From Macrostomum lignano (lineage: Eukaryota): a DNA stretch of 64,000 nt. Position numbers and translations under genes: made by a program. Below, in pieces: positions 36,388 to 48,743 of the stretch; positions within the stretch are counted from its first letter, which is position 1, and each line of letters opens with the position of its first letter. The notes under the pieces were generated by a model, which worked only from the letters and a program-made list of their open reading frames with translations, searched no databases and was not told the origin of the DNA. The stretch lies in assembly GCA_002269645.1 (NCBI GenBank), contig NIVC01003110.1, positions 1 to 64,000 of the forward strand. The letters run 5' to 3'.

Positions 36388-39300
36388 AACAACAACAGAA
36401 CAACAGAATACGCAGTTAGCGTCACATGGCGCGCTTCAAGGCCAGGTCGCGAATGAACGCCACGCCGCCGGCCGAATCCGGGGAGCCGGCGTCAGCCAGC
36501 AGGCAGTCGACGAAACGCCGAGTGCGCGCCTGCCCCCGCCGGTAGGGTGCCTGCAGCGTTAGCAGCAGCACCTCCTGCACCGGCTCTGGGCAGTACGACT
36601 CGGCGCGGATGATGTGGCCTGCCAGCTGGAGTCGCCGACGGCGCAACAGGTCGCTTGGACGGACCAGGCCGGCGCGGCGATACAAAGCCGCGTTGGTCAC
36701 TCGCTCGTAGCCGATCTTGAAGGCGGCGCGCAGCAGGCCAGCGTGCGCCGCGTCAACTTGCTGCTCGAGCGACTCCGTCAGCGTCCATGTCTCGGCGTTG
36801 TACAGCAGGACGGTCTCGATCACCGCCTGGAACAACGCCGCCCTCTGGAGGCAAGCCCGCGGCGATGCCGCAGATCCTCGCGGACGCCGGGAACCAGACC
36901 GCCGAGGTAGACGAACTGCTGACAACGCGGAAGCTCTGTCGCCTGTCCATCAGCGCCTCGGCATAAAATTACAGCCTCGATGTCGTCCGGCACGCAGAGC
37001 ACGACGGTTTTCTGCGTGTTGACCACCAGGCTGACACTCGCCGCAACAGCAACTAGCTTGTCCAGTTGTCGCTGGGCGCCCTTGACAGTTGAGGACAGCA
37101 GGGCGAGGTCGTCGGCGTAGCCAAGCACGCTGAGTTGCCTCTCCAGTTGACGTCGACCCACGCGTCGCCGCAACAGAAAGCCGTCGTCGTTGGTAGAAAG
37201 AGCGGTCTGCAGCACCCAGTCAAGCACCAGAACGAACAGGAACGGCGCAAGCGTATCTCCCTGAAGCACCCCGGAGGATGTCTCAAAGAAGTCCGATAGG
37301 CCGTCCGGTGTTGCAACAGCAGCTTTCGTCTCACGGTACATTGCCATGATGGCGGAAATTAGCTGCTCTGGCACGTTGCACGCACGGAGCACCTTTGGGA
37401 GCACAGACCTGACGACCGAGTCGAATGCCTTCTTGAAATCTATGAAGATAACAATCAGGATCGACTGGCGTATCCGTGCTTTCTCGATGACTCACCGAAG
37501 AGCCAGGATCTGCGTTACTGTGCCGCGATGGGGCCGGAACCCGTTCTGCTCAGGACGCAGGTACGGATCCAACACAGGCTGAAACCGCGATAACAGCATC
37601 CGGTTGAACAGCTTCGCAGCGCAGGACTGAAGGCAGATACCTCGATGCTCCTCAAGCCTCGTGGTGCCCGGCTTCTTAGGAACTGCGACGATGTGCGCCG
37701 TGGTCCATTCGTTGGGTGCCTCCACACCGAAGAGCACGCGATTCATCACTCTGGCGACCTCACTGGCCACACAGTGGATGCGCAGCGCCTCGATTGGCAC
37801 CTCGTCCGGACCCAGCGCTTTCCCGCCCGGTGACTGTTGGGCGAGCCTCACAACGTCGGCTGTGCTGACTGGTGCTAGGCTGAAGCTCTCCTCTGCCGGC
37901 AACGGCATCTCCGGTGACAGCGTCAGACTGTCTGGCAGCGGCGGTGGCGGCGCGTTGACAATGGCAGCGAATAACTCACGCAGCTCGTTCCTGCGCTCGT
38001 CCGCAGAGTCGTCTGCCAGGTTTAGAGGAATGCACCGAGCATTGATAGCCAACCAGGCCACACGGCCTCTGGCATCGGGCCCAGCGGCAGAGACGGCCCG
38101 TATGGCGTAATCAACAGCAGCCTGCTGGCGCTGCAGATAGACAGCCGCCAAGGCCTCCTCTGCCTCGCGTGTTGGTCGCCTGCTCAAACAGAGTCTCTCT
38201 AGCTCTTCCCTCGCTAGCCGAATCGCGGGGTCGTCTTGCCATACCGGCTGCTCCTTCTGGGCCGGTCGCATCAGCGGGACTGCTTGTTCCGCGGCGGCTC
38301 GAACTGCAGCGCACACCGCGTAATCGGCACCTCCACGCTTGCCGCCGAGCGCAGTGATGAAAGCGCTAGCAAAGCGGCTGTGCGTGTTGGCGTCCCTGAG
38401 CGCGCGGTAGTGGCCGCTTTGGCGAACGGTAAAGCGGATCGCGAAGAAGAAGGTCGCAGACGAGGAGTCGATGATCGGACCGCAGAGCCAGCGGCATGAT
38501 GGCGCGGCAATTGACGACGCGGCGGCGCTCGTGGAAGCGTACCAGCACATGATCGAGCTGTGCCTGCCTCCGTGTTGCGTTCCGGCCGCGCGCATTCCTC
38601 CGCCTCCGCTTGCAGCCCACGAGGGTCGCGAGCCTGCGGGGGAGCTTGCGGAAGCAGTTGTTGGCCAACACCATGTCCTGCCTCTCTAGGAAGCCTCCAG
38701 CGCTCCGGTGTTGCCGTTCTCACGAGGTGTGACGTACAGTGACCACTCGGACCTACACAAAACCGCGTTTAGGTCTCCGAGGATTATCACTGTGTCACGC
38801 TGCGCTGTTGCCTCACCTGTACCGAGAGCTGCTCAAAGAATTCTTGAGCCTCGTCAGGTCGGGTGGCAGGAGACGCGTACGCGCAGAACAGACGAGCGTT
38901 CCGGCCGCGAAGCCGAACGTCGACCCGGAGCAGCCGAGGGGACAGAGAGACGCAGCGACAGCTCTGCTGCAGCCTCGGTCCGACCAGCGCTCCAACTCCT
39001 CCACGGCCTCGTTGGTCCGCCGATGTGTAGTAGAGGGTCCATCCGGCGCCCAGATCCTCACAGTGAAGCCCCGGATCAGCCTTGATAGACACCTGCAGTG
39101 CGATGACGTCACAGCTTAGGTCGTGCGCTAGTTTTGCCAGAACCCCTCTCCGCCAGGCGGCCTTGAGCGTGCCGCAGTTCAGCGTCCCGACCCGAAGCGT
39201 GCCCTGTGGTACGGCTGGGGCTCGATGTACATGTAGATTAGCCTCTCAGTCCCTGGCGCCACCCAGAAGATCCGTATGGGCCAGCGCAGCAGCTCGGCGG

Positions 39301-39626
39301 ACAGCACCACGTCGCCGACCGCGCCGATTTCGCTCACGGCGACGCTCAACACCCCGACGCTCGCTCCGCTGCCCTCGATTGGTCCTGCCGCTTTTGGCCG
39401 CCGCAGCAGTTAAGCGCGGCTCACCGCCCTGACCACTTGGAGGTAGCGGCATTTACTTTGCACCAAGGTGCAAATAATTAGGTATAGCTGGCCTCGGACT
39501 GCGCAAGGATCTGTCCTCACAGAAGGTTGGGTAATCTCAGGCATACCCAATGCAGAACACCGCAAGTCCTCGATCACGGACGTCAGGAATCAGACCACCG
39601 AGCAGACGAACTGCTGACAGCAAGCC
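36388..39626 (-). mobile_element. RTE-clade non-LTR retrotransposon, near full length, with frameshifts and stops
   Basis: APE endonuclease (VGTLNCGTL, DVIALQ, GGVGALV, LDHVLV, SDHRLLV) and RT (GPDEVP, PKKPG, EQNGFR, FIDFKKAFDSV, GVLQGDTLAP, YADDLALL). No RNase H. TTG/TTCTG-rich 3' tail at about 36388-36410. The 5' end is either about 39626 or 39475. Confidence 0.92.
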
Positions 39627-40519
39627 AAAGTCAATAAAAATCCAATATGAATGGATATAGTTTATTTATTCTAGCTACACAAAGAGAACTAATCATATCC
39701 GCATGCAAAAAAGAGACGTCGCTTATACCGAGCGATCTCAAGTTCCTAAAACGTAACCTGATGTGCGTATACTGTATTTTGGTCCAAAGTTAATTTAAAC
39801 TCTGTAAATGTGTGCCTTTGTTTGATATCCTGCATGTGCGTACTAACATGTATATGCATACATGTACCGTAAACTTTCTAGTATTAAAAGCGTCGCGTTT
39901 TTATGAAGCTTTCAGTATAGGATCTCCCGTATGATTGTTTAGGCATGCAAAGGGTGCCAAATTCCAGTTTTGCCTGTCTCTCCGTCGGGTTTCTTAGTCA
40001 GAAATTTTAGTGTGTCGTCTATGGCCCAACCTATCGTTATTCTATGGGCTTTTAACCTTATAGATGCAAGGACAACTTAATCACTTAGGATGGGAGTCCC
40101 ACACGATTCATCATAGAAAAGTATGAGGCTCGCTCGTTTAAAAGCATTGTAGGCCCCATTGTAGGCCAAGCCTACTTGAATTGAGATGGCAATTTAATAC
40201 AAGATGTAATATATTATGCAGCTTCTATTGTTGCCAGACTTCCGTCCTGATTAATTAAGTTGTCCTTGTTTAGATGCCCATTTTCTAACTTAGCATATGC
40301 AGAGTATATAATTTTGCTGTCTATATAGCTTAAACATGCGAAATGTTTTGCAAACAGTAATCATCGCGTGATTCGATTCGTGTGATTAGGACAGCAAAAC
40401 TCAGATAGAGCGTGGATGTCTATATTTGGCGAGATAGCGCGGGATAAAGTGGAGGGAGCCACACGTACTGTACCTATACATGTACATGTACTTATTTGGA
40501 GAGACACGTCATCCATGGC

Positions 40520-41072
40520 ATTTCTTCGCATCTAAATAAGGATCATCAGCCTCCATTCAACTGCAGTCAACCCTCAGGAAGTGGAGATGCAAATTCTCGC
40601 TGCACTTCTGGACTGGACAGCTAGCTGCCTCTTGACCGTTTGAAGGCACTGTGGGCCAGTTGACAGGGTTTAGGAAAGGCGAGTATACATTGTAATAAGG
40701 AGGCAAATGCTAATGCAACCAACGACTAGTTGGGCACCTACCACTATATGCATAGCTGAAATTCTCACGAGAACCATCCAGCAAAACGACGCACGACTGA
40801 TTCTCTTCCATGCATATTTGCAGCAACCTGCCATGCTCACACAGCGCATGTACGTGCTCACAAATTCCTGGACTCTTTGCGTGTTAATAGTAGCATCGAG
40901 ACTATAGCCTGTATAGTGAGAGGTTCATCGAAGGCGAATGCGGCTAATGATAAGATTCAGTGATGGACTTACCTGGGTGTGCATCTCACTCAAGCTCCGC
41001 GCAGCTGCATGACTCCTTTACTGCGCCGAGTCTAGATGCAGTCTCATCCAGATGGACCAAAGTGAGTCGCAT
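40520..41072 (-). other. Possible spliced minus-strand gene fragment (3 exons) of unknown identity
   Basis: CAG|GTAAGT at 40973, acceptor at 40868, internal donor GTG|GTAGGT and a downstream CCCACAG acceptor. The phase-1 joins give a Cys/His-rich frame that contains in-frame TGA codons. Confidence 0.25.
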
Positions 41073-41274
41073 CTGGCCAATTTACCGTCCAAATTAGCTA
41101 ACTCAACTCTTTTGCTTGACGTCAAGAGAATTTCGAGCTTCAGCTAGAACGCCAGCGTCTCTAGACAGAAGTTTCGTAGAGAAAATTTGTCTAAGCGTTC
41201 GAGAAACTTGTCGAGATTTCAATGTTTTTAATTACTCCGGAAAATCTGCCGGAATTGCGAGTTTCTCCCATTTT

Positions 41275-41534
41275 GGGCCTTTTCATATTGCTTGTTTTGG
41301 TTCCAGAACCAGAACCAATTTGTGAAGTATAACTTTTTGTCTCCATAACTAGAGGGAGATACGTGCTATAAAGTTTTTATTATTGAATGACAATCGCCAA
41401 GAAGAAAGTGAAAAATTGTGCTAAGTTAGGTTGTTAAGGCAGTCAAATATTAACAGAGTTTAATAGTTATACTGCTGTTTTTCTTGGAATTCCGAACCGA
41501 TTCTGGTTCTGGAATTGGTAATATGAAAAGGCCC
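41275..41534. mobile_element. MITE with 15-bp TIRs (PIF/Harbinger-like)
   Basis: GGGCCTTTTCATATT at 41275 and its exact reverse complement ending at 41534. An inner inverted TTCCAGAACCAGAA is also present. TTT flanks both ends, a possible 3-bp TSD. Confidence 0.7.
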
Positions 41535-41797
41535 TTTGACAGAGGCTGTCGTAGGGTTCGCATTTAACTTTACGAGCAAGCTAGTGCTCCTTCATGGTCA
41601 GTCAATGATGTCTTGCTCATCTCCTTGATAGTGCGTACCGTTTTCCATACTGAATACATTGTTCCCAAATATTGTACACAGATGTTCTCTTGACATCCAA
41701 CATTCTAGAAATCTCCTCCAAAAATAAAGAAAAGCAAAAATAATTCATAGATAAAGAAAAAACTTAAAAAATATTTATGTGGCCTTCATTTATTATT

Positions 41798-41997
41798 CAT
41801 GGCATGGGTGCTGGGAGCTTGTGGCACCGGGGCACGTGCCCCCCCCCCCCCCCCCTAGAAAATGAGTCCACGTGGTAATTTTTTGTGTTTTTTTCTGATT
41901 TTAGGTCCTAATTAGCAGCTTATAAAGGTAGGCCTACCTGTGCCCCCCTTGCCCTATGCCCAGTGCCCCCTTCAAATATTAGGCTCCGCCACCCCTG
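41798..41997. mobile_element. hAT-like MITE
   Basis: 8-bp direct repeat TTATTATT at 41790-41797 and 41998-42005, with CA...TG ends and imperfect TIRs. The TSD is low-complexity. Confidence 0.5.
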
Positions 41998-43643
41998 TTA
42001 TTATTAGGTCAAGTCAGGATAATAGCCATAAGCCCTAGCCATGAGCATAACAAACAATGTTATATTTTTTTATAAAAATGGCTTTTTTTAGAAAATTTGG
42101 CACCCAAAAATATAGATAGGTTGTATCATGCGCTTTCAAAAATACTACATCTTTTTACAAAAAAACCCTAGACGCTCTTTCAAATACCTTAATAATTTTA
42201 TAAATATCGTAACTGGTAACTCGCATCATAACTCGTGTAAAAATTTAACCTTTTGAACAAATACTAAATACATCGGATTATACTGGCAAAACAGGCTCCT
42301 TAAGCCTGAGCCAAATTTAGGCCTACTACTACTACTTTAGGCCCTACTAAAGGCTTTTTAAGTAAGTAAGTTTAGTAAGTTTTAGCAGAAGTAAGTTATA
42401 AAATAAGTGAGTTTTGGCATAAAAAGTAATTGTAAAATGCAAGTCTAATATAATATAATAATGAATAGTTTTTTAGCTGAATTTAGGCAATATCTTCAGG
42501 CTTTGATGCACTATACACTTAACTTTGCAGAAACTTTGCAGCCCCAAAAATGGCATTCAATTAAATTTTCTATGATGATTAATAATTAGGCCTATTCTCA
42601 TTTGGCCGTTGTTATTTGTTTGGTGACCAGATAAATAGCATTTTTGCTATTTGTCCAGTTAAATTGCTAACACATGTATCTATTTGTTTCGTGATTAGGC
42701 CTAATATTCTAGATTTTTAAGACCTTTTCTTGTATACCAAATAATATTTTCTTGTATAGTAGTGTAAGCAAAGCAATGTATTCAATTTGGCATAATTTGG
42801 TATATAAGACACACACTAGTATAACAACATAATAATCAAGATATGATTAAGAAATCTTTGAAGTCTATGAATATTTATTCTTGTAGTTTTTATAAAATAG
42901 ATATTTAAGCATTATCTAGTAACTAGACAAATAGGTCTAACCACATCACTATTGGTCCAGTTACCAAACAAATAACAATTGCCTTCTTATTTTGTTCTTG
43001 ATTTGTTTTGTGTTTATAAATTTTTTGTTCAATCCAACCAACCAACCAATCAATCTAACCAATCCAACCAACTGAAAAACAAGACAATTTAAAGACAATT
43101 AAAATTATTGCTTAACAATTCCTTGCAAGTTTTCTAATAAGGACCACTAGCAGTAGGCCTATATTTATTATAATGCTATACTTATGATTTGTAGGAAATT
43201 TTTGGAGGGTATTTCTTAATTTCAATGTTTGTACCAGACAAATGCATATATTCTAGCAATGTTTTATGACTGTTTACTCTTCTCCTTTGAGGCTATACTT
43301 ATATTTTTCAATTGTAAAAGGCACTAATCAAATTATTTAATGTCTTATGCATTTGTCTATCTATCAAATTGTAGCCATTTATTATACTGGTAGCTATCCT
43401 AACCTTTTTCTTAATTGTTAACTGGTATTTCAAAGGCTGCTAGAAGATTATCTTTGATTCTAAATGAGTCAGCAGTATAAAAGTATGCTTATACTACTAT
43501 AAGTGCTGTAGTACAAGCATCTGTAGAGCTACAAGAATGACCCACTTGACTTGACTTGACTTAGCTGCAGGGCTGTCCCGGAGGGGACACAGCGGGAAGG
43601 CGCGGGCGCCCATTCCGCTAGTCCCTGAACGGCCGACGCGTCG

Positions 43644-44204
43644 CTATGGACGGAGGGTTGGCGCCGCCCAGGGAGGTCCCCCAGTGTCGCCAGCAGCTAT
43701 GGTGCTCTCTGGAAAGGAGAGTTCAGCCCTGCGGGTGGCCCGAAGGTAGCGCATGAGCTGATTAAAGTTTTCGGGTTTGCACGCTTCAGTAATAGATGTG
43801 TGTGGCCCGAGGTAAGTGAGTCTGGCCCACGTGAAGGCGGGACAGATGCTGACAAAATGCTCAGCGGTTTCGTCACCTGAGTTGCAGAAACTACAGGTGG
43901 CGTTGGTGGCGTTGCCCTGCAGGTACTGGTGCCTGGAGAAGCAGCCGTGACCAGAGAGGGTCATGGTGGCAGCCCGGATGTCTCTGCGCGAGAGGCGCAA
44001 GAGGAGCTTCCGGAGCTGGTGAGAGGGCTGAGGGACAGCGCCTCTGGATTGCCTGCAGTTCGTGCGGTTCGCCCAAGTCGAGCGGTGCTGAGTCCTGATC
44101 CACGCTTTGATGCGCGAGTCGATGACACAGCCAGGAATCGGGACAAGAGGTTCGGGGCCGAGAGAGGAGCCGGAGGCACCAACTTTTGCAAGGGTGTCAG
44201 CCAA
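43644..44204 (-). pseudogene. C-terminal part of LINE ORF2 (end of RNase H plus CCHC zinc knuckle)
   Basis: LADTLAKVGA, GPEP, SGHGCFSRH and C-x2-C...H-x4-C. Confidence 0.9.
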
Positions 44205-44383
44205 AGGTGCCTAAGGTGTTGACCGTGCCGATGGGCTGGAAGGCCGGGGAGTAGTCCGGTCGCAAGCGGTCCCCCTCCTGGTGTCGGGCCAGCCTTGAGG
44301 GTGCTATTGGCCTACTGCCCGGTCAGGTGGAGCGGCCGGGTGGGTACCGCGCCCCTTTGAGGGTAGCCCACCAACCTTTTATC

Positions 44384-45904
44384 ATGGCCTTCGAGCCGAC
44401 TATGGATAAACAAGCTATTTCTAGGGACGGGGACCCTTCTAAACCCCAACCTCAGTCCGAAGGACCGGCCGGCCCTGCTGGCAGATCCCAACCGACTGAT
44501 TCAACTGTGGCAAAGGAAGGACCGGCTGGCTCTGCTGGCAGATCCGACCAGAGCTACCAAACTCAAAATACCCTAAGACCTGCCAGCTCCGCTGGTGGAT
44601 CTAAGGGAACCGCGAGCTCTGAGCCTAAAGGACCGGCCAAATCTGGCAGATCCGATGAAGCTCAGCGGGCTCGGCTTGAGCGCAAACGCGCTAAACAACG
44701 CGCCAAAAGGCAGGCCAAGAAGGGAGCTGCGGGGGCCAAAGCGGCGGCGTCCACCATGGATGCTGAAGCGACTGGAGTCCCAAGGCAACCAGGCGGGCCG
44801 GCCGGTGGAAGCTCCAGTAGTTCAGCGGCGGCGCTCCCTGGAGCTGCTGCCGCGGCTGCTGAGGCCGAAACCACGGCGCAACAAATGGCCACTGCCAACA
44901 AGGAGGTTCCTTCGGGAGCTACCTTTGCGGCGAAGGCCAAGGCTAAAATCCCGGGAGTGATCATCCAAGGTCGCGACCAGGACTGGACCACTGATCAGCT
45001 TCAAAAAGTGTGGAGTGCTGTTGACTCCTATCTGATTGAGCTGACTGTCGAGGAGGGAATCTCCATCGGCGTTGAGCGGATGGTGCTGCGAAGCACATTC
45101 GTTCTTATTGCTCCTAGCAGCAAGGAGGACGCTCGGCGGCTGCTCCAGCGGCTACCGACGGTCTCCTTGGATGCTGACCTTGGTGGAGCTCTTTTTCTTC
45201 GCGAGGGCCAGCATCCAAAGACGATACCCTATGTGGTTTTCGTCCCTGCTAAGAGCACCGCAGCTGGACCAGACGTTATTCGCCGGGTCCTACTGCGTCT
45301 GAACCCTGACCTCCCTGCTAGTGGACTGGTGTATCACCGCAAAGTCCGCAGGGGGGAGACGGGCAACTCAATTGTCCTCGGCCTTTCCAGCACTTGGGCG
45401 AGTCGGTACCCTAATGGATCCTCTTTCCAGCTGGGTGCCCTCAAGCTCAAGATGCGCCGAGGAAAGTCTGCCAAAGGGAAGGCTACTGCCAACCCCGGCA
45501 TCTCCGGCAAGAGCGGGGCGCAGTCTAAGGCCCAAGGAAAGGCGCAAGCCGATCCCAAAGCCAAAGCTGCATCTCGCCCCTCTGCTAGCAGCAGTTCGGC
45601 GACCGCGGTAACGGCTCCGGCCGAGCCCCGGGAACCAAACCTGCCAGTCGGAGAAGGAGTTGAGGACGAGGCCGGGTCTTCGGAATCCAAGCTCTCCTCG
45701 GCCACCTTGGTGGGGTCTGAAGGTAAAGATGCAGGTGAGGAAGCTTCCTCCATCCTGTCATCGGAGCCTGAGGACTCTGCTGGGGGGCCGGTGGGGGTGA
45801 GGAGGCCATGGACGTCGACCAACTCCCATCTCCCAGTCAAGCCCCAGCGGCCTGGGACGAGGACGATCTGTTGTCCAAGTCTCCTTGATGGCCCTGGGCT
45901 CTAG
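44384..45904 (+). CDS. LINE ORF1 (gag-like nucleic-acid-binding protein), within the inverted segment
   Basis: Long Lys/Arg/Ala-rich ORF directly upstream of the APE ORF, starting from the first ATG at 44384. No CCHC knuckle seen. Confidence 0.75.
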   Translation: MAFEPTMDKQAISRDGDPSKPQPQSEGPAGPAGRSQPTDSTVAKEGPAGSAGRSDQSYQTQNTLRPASSAGGSKGTASSEPKGPAKSGRSDEAQRARLERKRAKQRAKRQAKKGAAGAKAAASTMDAEATGVPRQPGGPAGGSSSSSAAALPGAAAAAAEAETTAQQMATANKEVPSGATFAAKAKAKIPGVIIQGRDQDWTTDQLQKVWSAVDSYLIELTVEEGISIGVERMVLRSTFVLIAPSSKEDARRLLQRLPTVSLDADLGGALFLREGQHPKTIPYVVFVPAKSTAAGPDVIRRVLLRLNPDLPASGLVYHRKVRRGETGNSIVLGLSSTWASRYPNGSSFQLGALKLKMRRGKSAKGKATANPGISGKSGAQSKAQGKAQADPKAKAASRPSASSSSATAVTAPAEPREPNLPVGEGVEDEAGSSESKLSSATLVGSEGKDAGEEASSILSSEPEDSAGGPVGVRRPWTSTNSHLPVKPQRPGTRTICCPSLLDGPGL

Positions 45905-45927
45905 CCAGATATTGCATTTAATACAGT

Positions 45928-48743
45928 ATGACTAAGCTCCACGCTGCCAAAGGAGCGACATTCTGTCTGCAAATAAATTTACAGCATTGCGTATCTGCGT
46001 CAGTAAATCTGATAAAGATTGCTGAGCTGTACAGGCCAGGCCTCATCCTGATCCAGGAACCCTGGATGCGCAACGGTAAGTTGCCCAACATTCCCTCTGG
46101 CTACTCTGATTTTTATGTGTGTGGCCCGGGGAACAGCCGCCCTAGAGCGGCTATCCTCGCTGCTAGCCATCTCCAGGCTTGGCTGAGGACTGATCTCTCT
46201 GATGGAGACCTTTGCGTCATCCAATCTAATCATTTCTCTCCGCGTACGTGTCTTGTTGCCTCAGTTTATATCCCAGGCGACAGAGACCCTGCTCCCGAGA
46301 GTTTACTGCGCCTTGCGCAGTACTGCGAGTCCCAGAACGCTGAGCTGTGCTTAGGGGGCGACCTCAACGCGCACCACAAGCACTGGGGCAGCAAAGATAC
46401 CAACACTAGAGGAGAGGAGCTTCTGGCCCTCATCTCTAACACAAACCTCATGCTCTGCAACCGCGGCAGCACTCCTACCTTTAATAATGGCAGATGGACC
46501 GAGGTCCTCGACGCCACACTCGTTACCCCAAGACTCTTTGACAGAGTCAAGGAGTGGAGAGTCTGGTCTGAGGAGCCCTCCCTGTCTGACCACTGCTTTA
46601 TCGCCTTTAATATCGCGGACACTAAAACCCAGTCTCCGATCACTTGGAGACGCAATATCCGCAACACTGATTGGGCCGCCTACAAGGCTGCCCTTGATCT
46701 GCACCTGCAGGAACTCACGGACTTACGTCTGATTGAGACCTGCGAGGATGTGGATCATATGGCTGAGACGCTGACAGGTTGCATTATTGCAGCCTACGAA
46801 GCGGCTTGTCCTGCTCGCGCCTACAGAGGCAAGACCTTGGCGCCGTGGTGGAACCCGGAGCTGGGGAAACTCAGGCGGAAGGCCAAAAGCCTTCATCGCC
46901 GTGCCATGAAGACCGGAAACCCGGAGGACATGGAGCTTTTCCGGCAAGCCTCCCGCAATTTCGTGAAGCAGCCAAGATACCCTCGTTCCTGAGACTCACC
47001 CGCAATCTTATGCGGGCCTCTATCCAGCTGGGATACGTTCCCAAAAGCTGGACTGAAGCTCGAGTAGTCTTTATTCCCAAACCTGGGAAGGGTGACTACC
47101 AAAGCGTCAAGGCCTTCCGGCCAATTAGCTTAACGTCAGCAATGCTTAAGCTCACTGAGAGGCTTATTCTCTGGCGGCTGCTCTCCTGCGAGCTGACAGC
47201 GATGCCCCTCAGCAATAATCAGCACGCCTTCCGTACCGGGAGGTCGACTGACAGCGCCCTGCATGCGATTGTCGAAAAGATTGAACGGGCGGTACTGGGT
47301 GACGGTTACGCCCTGGCTCTCTTTCTTGACATTGTTGGCGCCTTCGACAACGTTATCTTTGAAGCGTTTCAGAGGGCCCTTCAAAATCGCAAAGCTCATG
47401 CTACCCTCATACGGTGGATCATGTACATGATCTCCAACCGTACGGTCACTGCCCAACTTCTTGGCAAACTGCCTCCACCAGAGTCTGTAAGGGTGGACCC
47501 CAAGGCGGAGTCCTCACCCCGACGCTCTGGAACCTGGTCATGGACGCTCTTCTGAGTGACTCCCGACCTGACCCCGTCTTCAAAGTCGGGTATGCTGATG
47601 ACGTCACGGCCATTGTGGCAGGACCGTCTCCCAGCACGCTCAGGGATCTGATGCAGAGCTTTATCCGCAAAGCAGAATCCTGGGCCAATGACAATGGTTT
47701 GGAACTCTCTGAGCCCAAAACCGTTGCCATTATGTTTACCAGCAGACTACGCTGGAACATACGTCCTCTGCAGCTCTACGGCAGAGATATTGCCTTCGCG
47801 CACCAGACCAGATGTCTCGGGGTCACACTTGACCACCGGCTCAAGTGGTCCTTCCACGTGAAAGCAAAAGCTAAGCGTGCCTCAGCCATCCTGGCCCAGC
47901 TCCGACGAGCACTTGGCACTTCTTGGGGTCTATCCCCAAAGCGGCTTTGGTGGATCTATACTTCCGTAGTTAGACCTGCCATTACGTACGCCTCTGTTGT
48001 CTGGGTTAGCGCTACCCAGGTCAAAAGCCATGCAGACCTGCTCAACACGATCCAAGGCAGAGCGTGTAGGCTCATCTGCAACGCCACCAGGTCCACGCCC
48101 TTTGCTGGCATGGGGGCCTTTCTTAATCTTCCGCCTCTTGACCTCTTCATCAGGGGTGAGGCGGCTAGAACGACGCGGCGTCTAATTGATGCCGGCGTCA
48201 AATTCATTTACATGAGAGCACCTGCTAAGCGGAACCTTGTCCCGCATAGCGATCTGTGCCTCAACTTTCTCAACGAGTGTCAGGCCAATCGCGTCTTCAC
48301 CGATGGCATTGCCTCAACGCTCAACCTGAGACAGCGCTACTCCGTAGCTATCGACTCGCGCGATAACATCAATGACCATTGGAACCCTGGTGAGCTTCAT
48401 TGCTACACCGACGGTTCTAAGCAGTCAGCCAACACCGGCTTTGGTGTTGGAATCTTTCTGAACGGGAGGGTCATCGCTACCCACGCTCAATACACTGGGG
48501 TCAACTCCAGTGTTTTCCAAAATGAAGTTCTGGCCATCAGCTCCTGCACTGCAGAGCTTCTCGCCACTGGCGTTACTGGTAAGAACATCATTTTCCATTC
48601 GGACAGCCAAGCTGCCTTGCACGCCATCAGTGGCTGCAGCACCAACTCTGCTACAGTCCTTGACTGTATCAAACTCCTCAATGTGTTGGGTTCCGCCAAC
48701 AAAATTACCCTTAAGTGGGTTCCGGGGCATGTGGGGATCCGAG
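45928..48743 (+). pseudogene. LINE ORF2 (APE-RT-RNase H) with an internal deletion near 46965 and a frameshift near 47470
   Basis: APE motifs QINLQH, LIQEPW, GGDLNAHH and SDH. RT motifs FIPKPGK, RPISL, QHAFR, FLDIVGAFDNV, PQGGVLTP and YADD. RNase H motifs YTDGSK, QNEVLAI, HSDSQAAL and WVPGH. The linker containing the usual SPGxDG motif is missing. Confidence 0.92.

Larger units (their letters stand above)
43546..48743 (-). mobile_element. LOA/I-group non-LTR retrotransposon with RNase H. The 3' piece is on the minus strand; the 5' about 4.5 kb is inverted onto the plus strand
   Basis: TSD GAATGACCCAC at 43535-43545 and 48744-48754. (AAGTC)n tail on the minus strand at 43546-43562. The plus-strand ORF2 ends at the RNase H motif WVPGHVGIRG, and its continuation LADTLAK...GPEP...CSFC...ETAEHFVSICP is on the minus strand from 44204. 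Confidence 0.93.

Noticed and set aside
36614-39432. Plus-strand and alternate-frame ORFs over the RTE (and likewise over the LOA element and MCM2/INTS2 exons)
   Set aside because: Shadow ORFs of GC-rich coding sequence.
39487-39626. HDV-like, hammerhead or twister ribozyme upstream of the RTE ORF
   Set aside because: Stems are present, but I could not place the required core motifs or pseudoknot order.
43644-44204. A separate second LINE or host gene on the minus strand
   Set aside because: It is the exact continuation of the plus-strand ORF2, and one TSD encloses both pieces.
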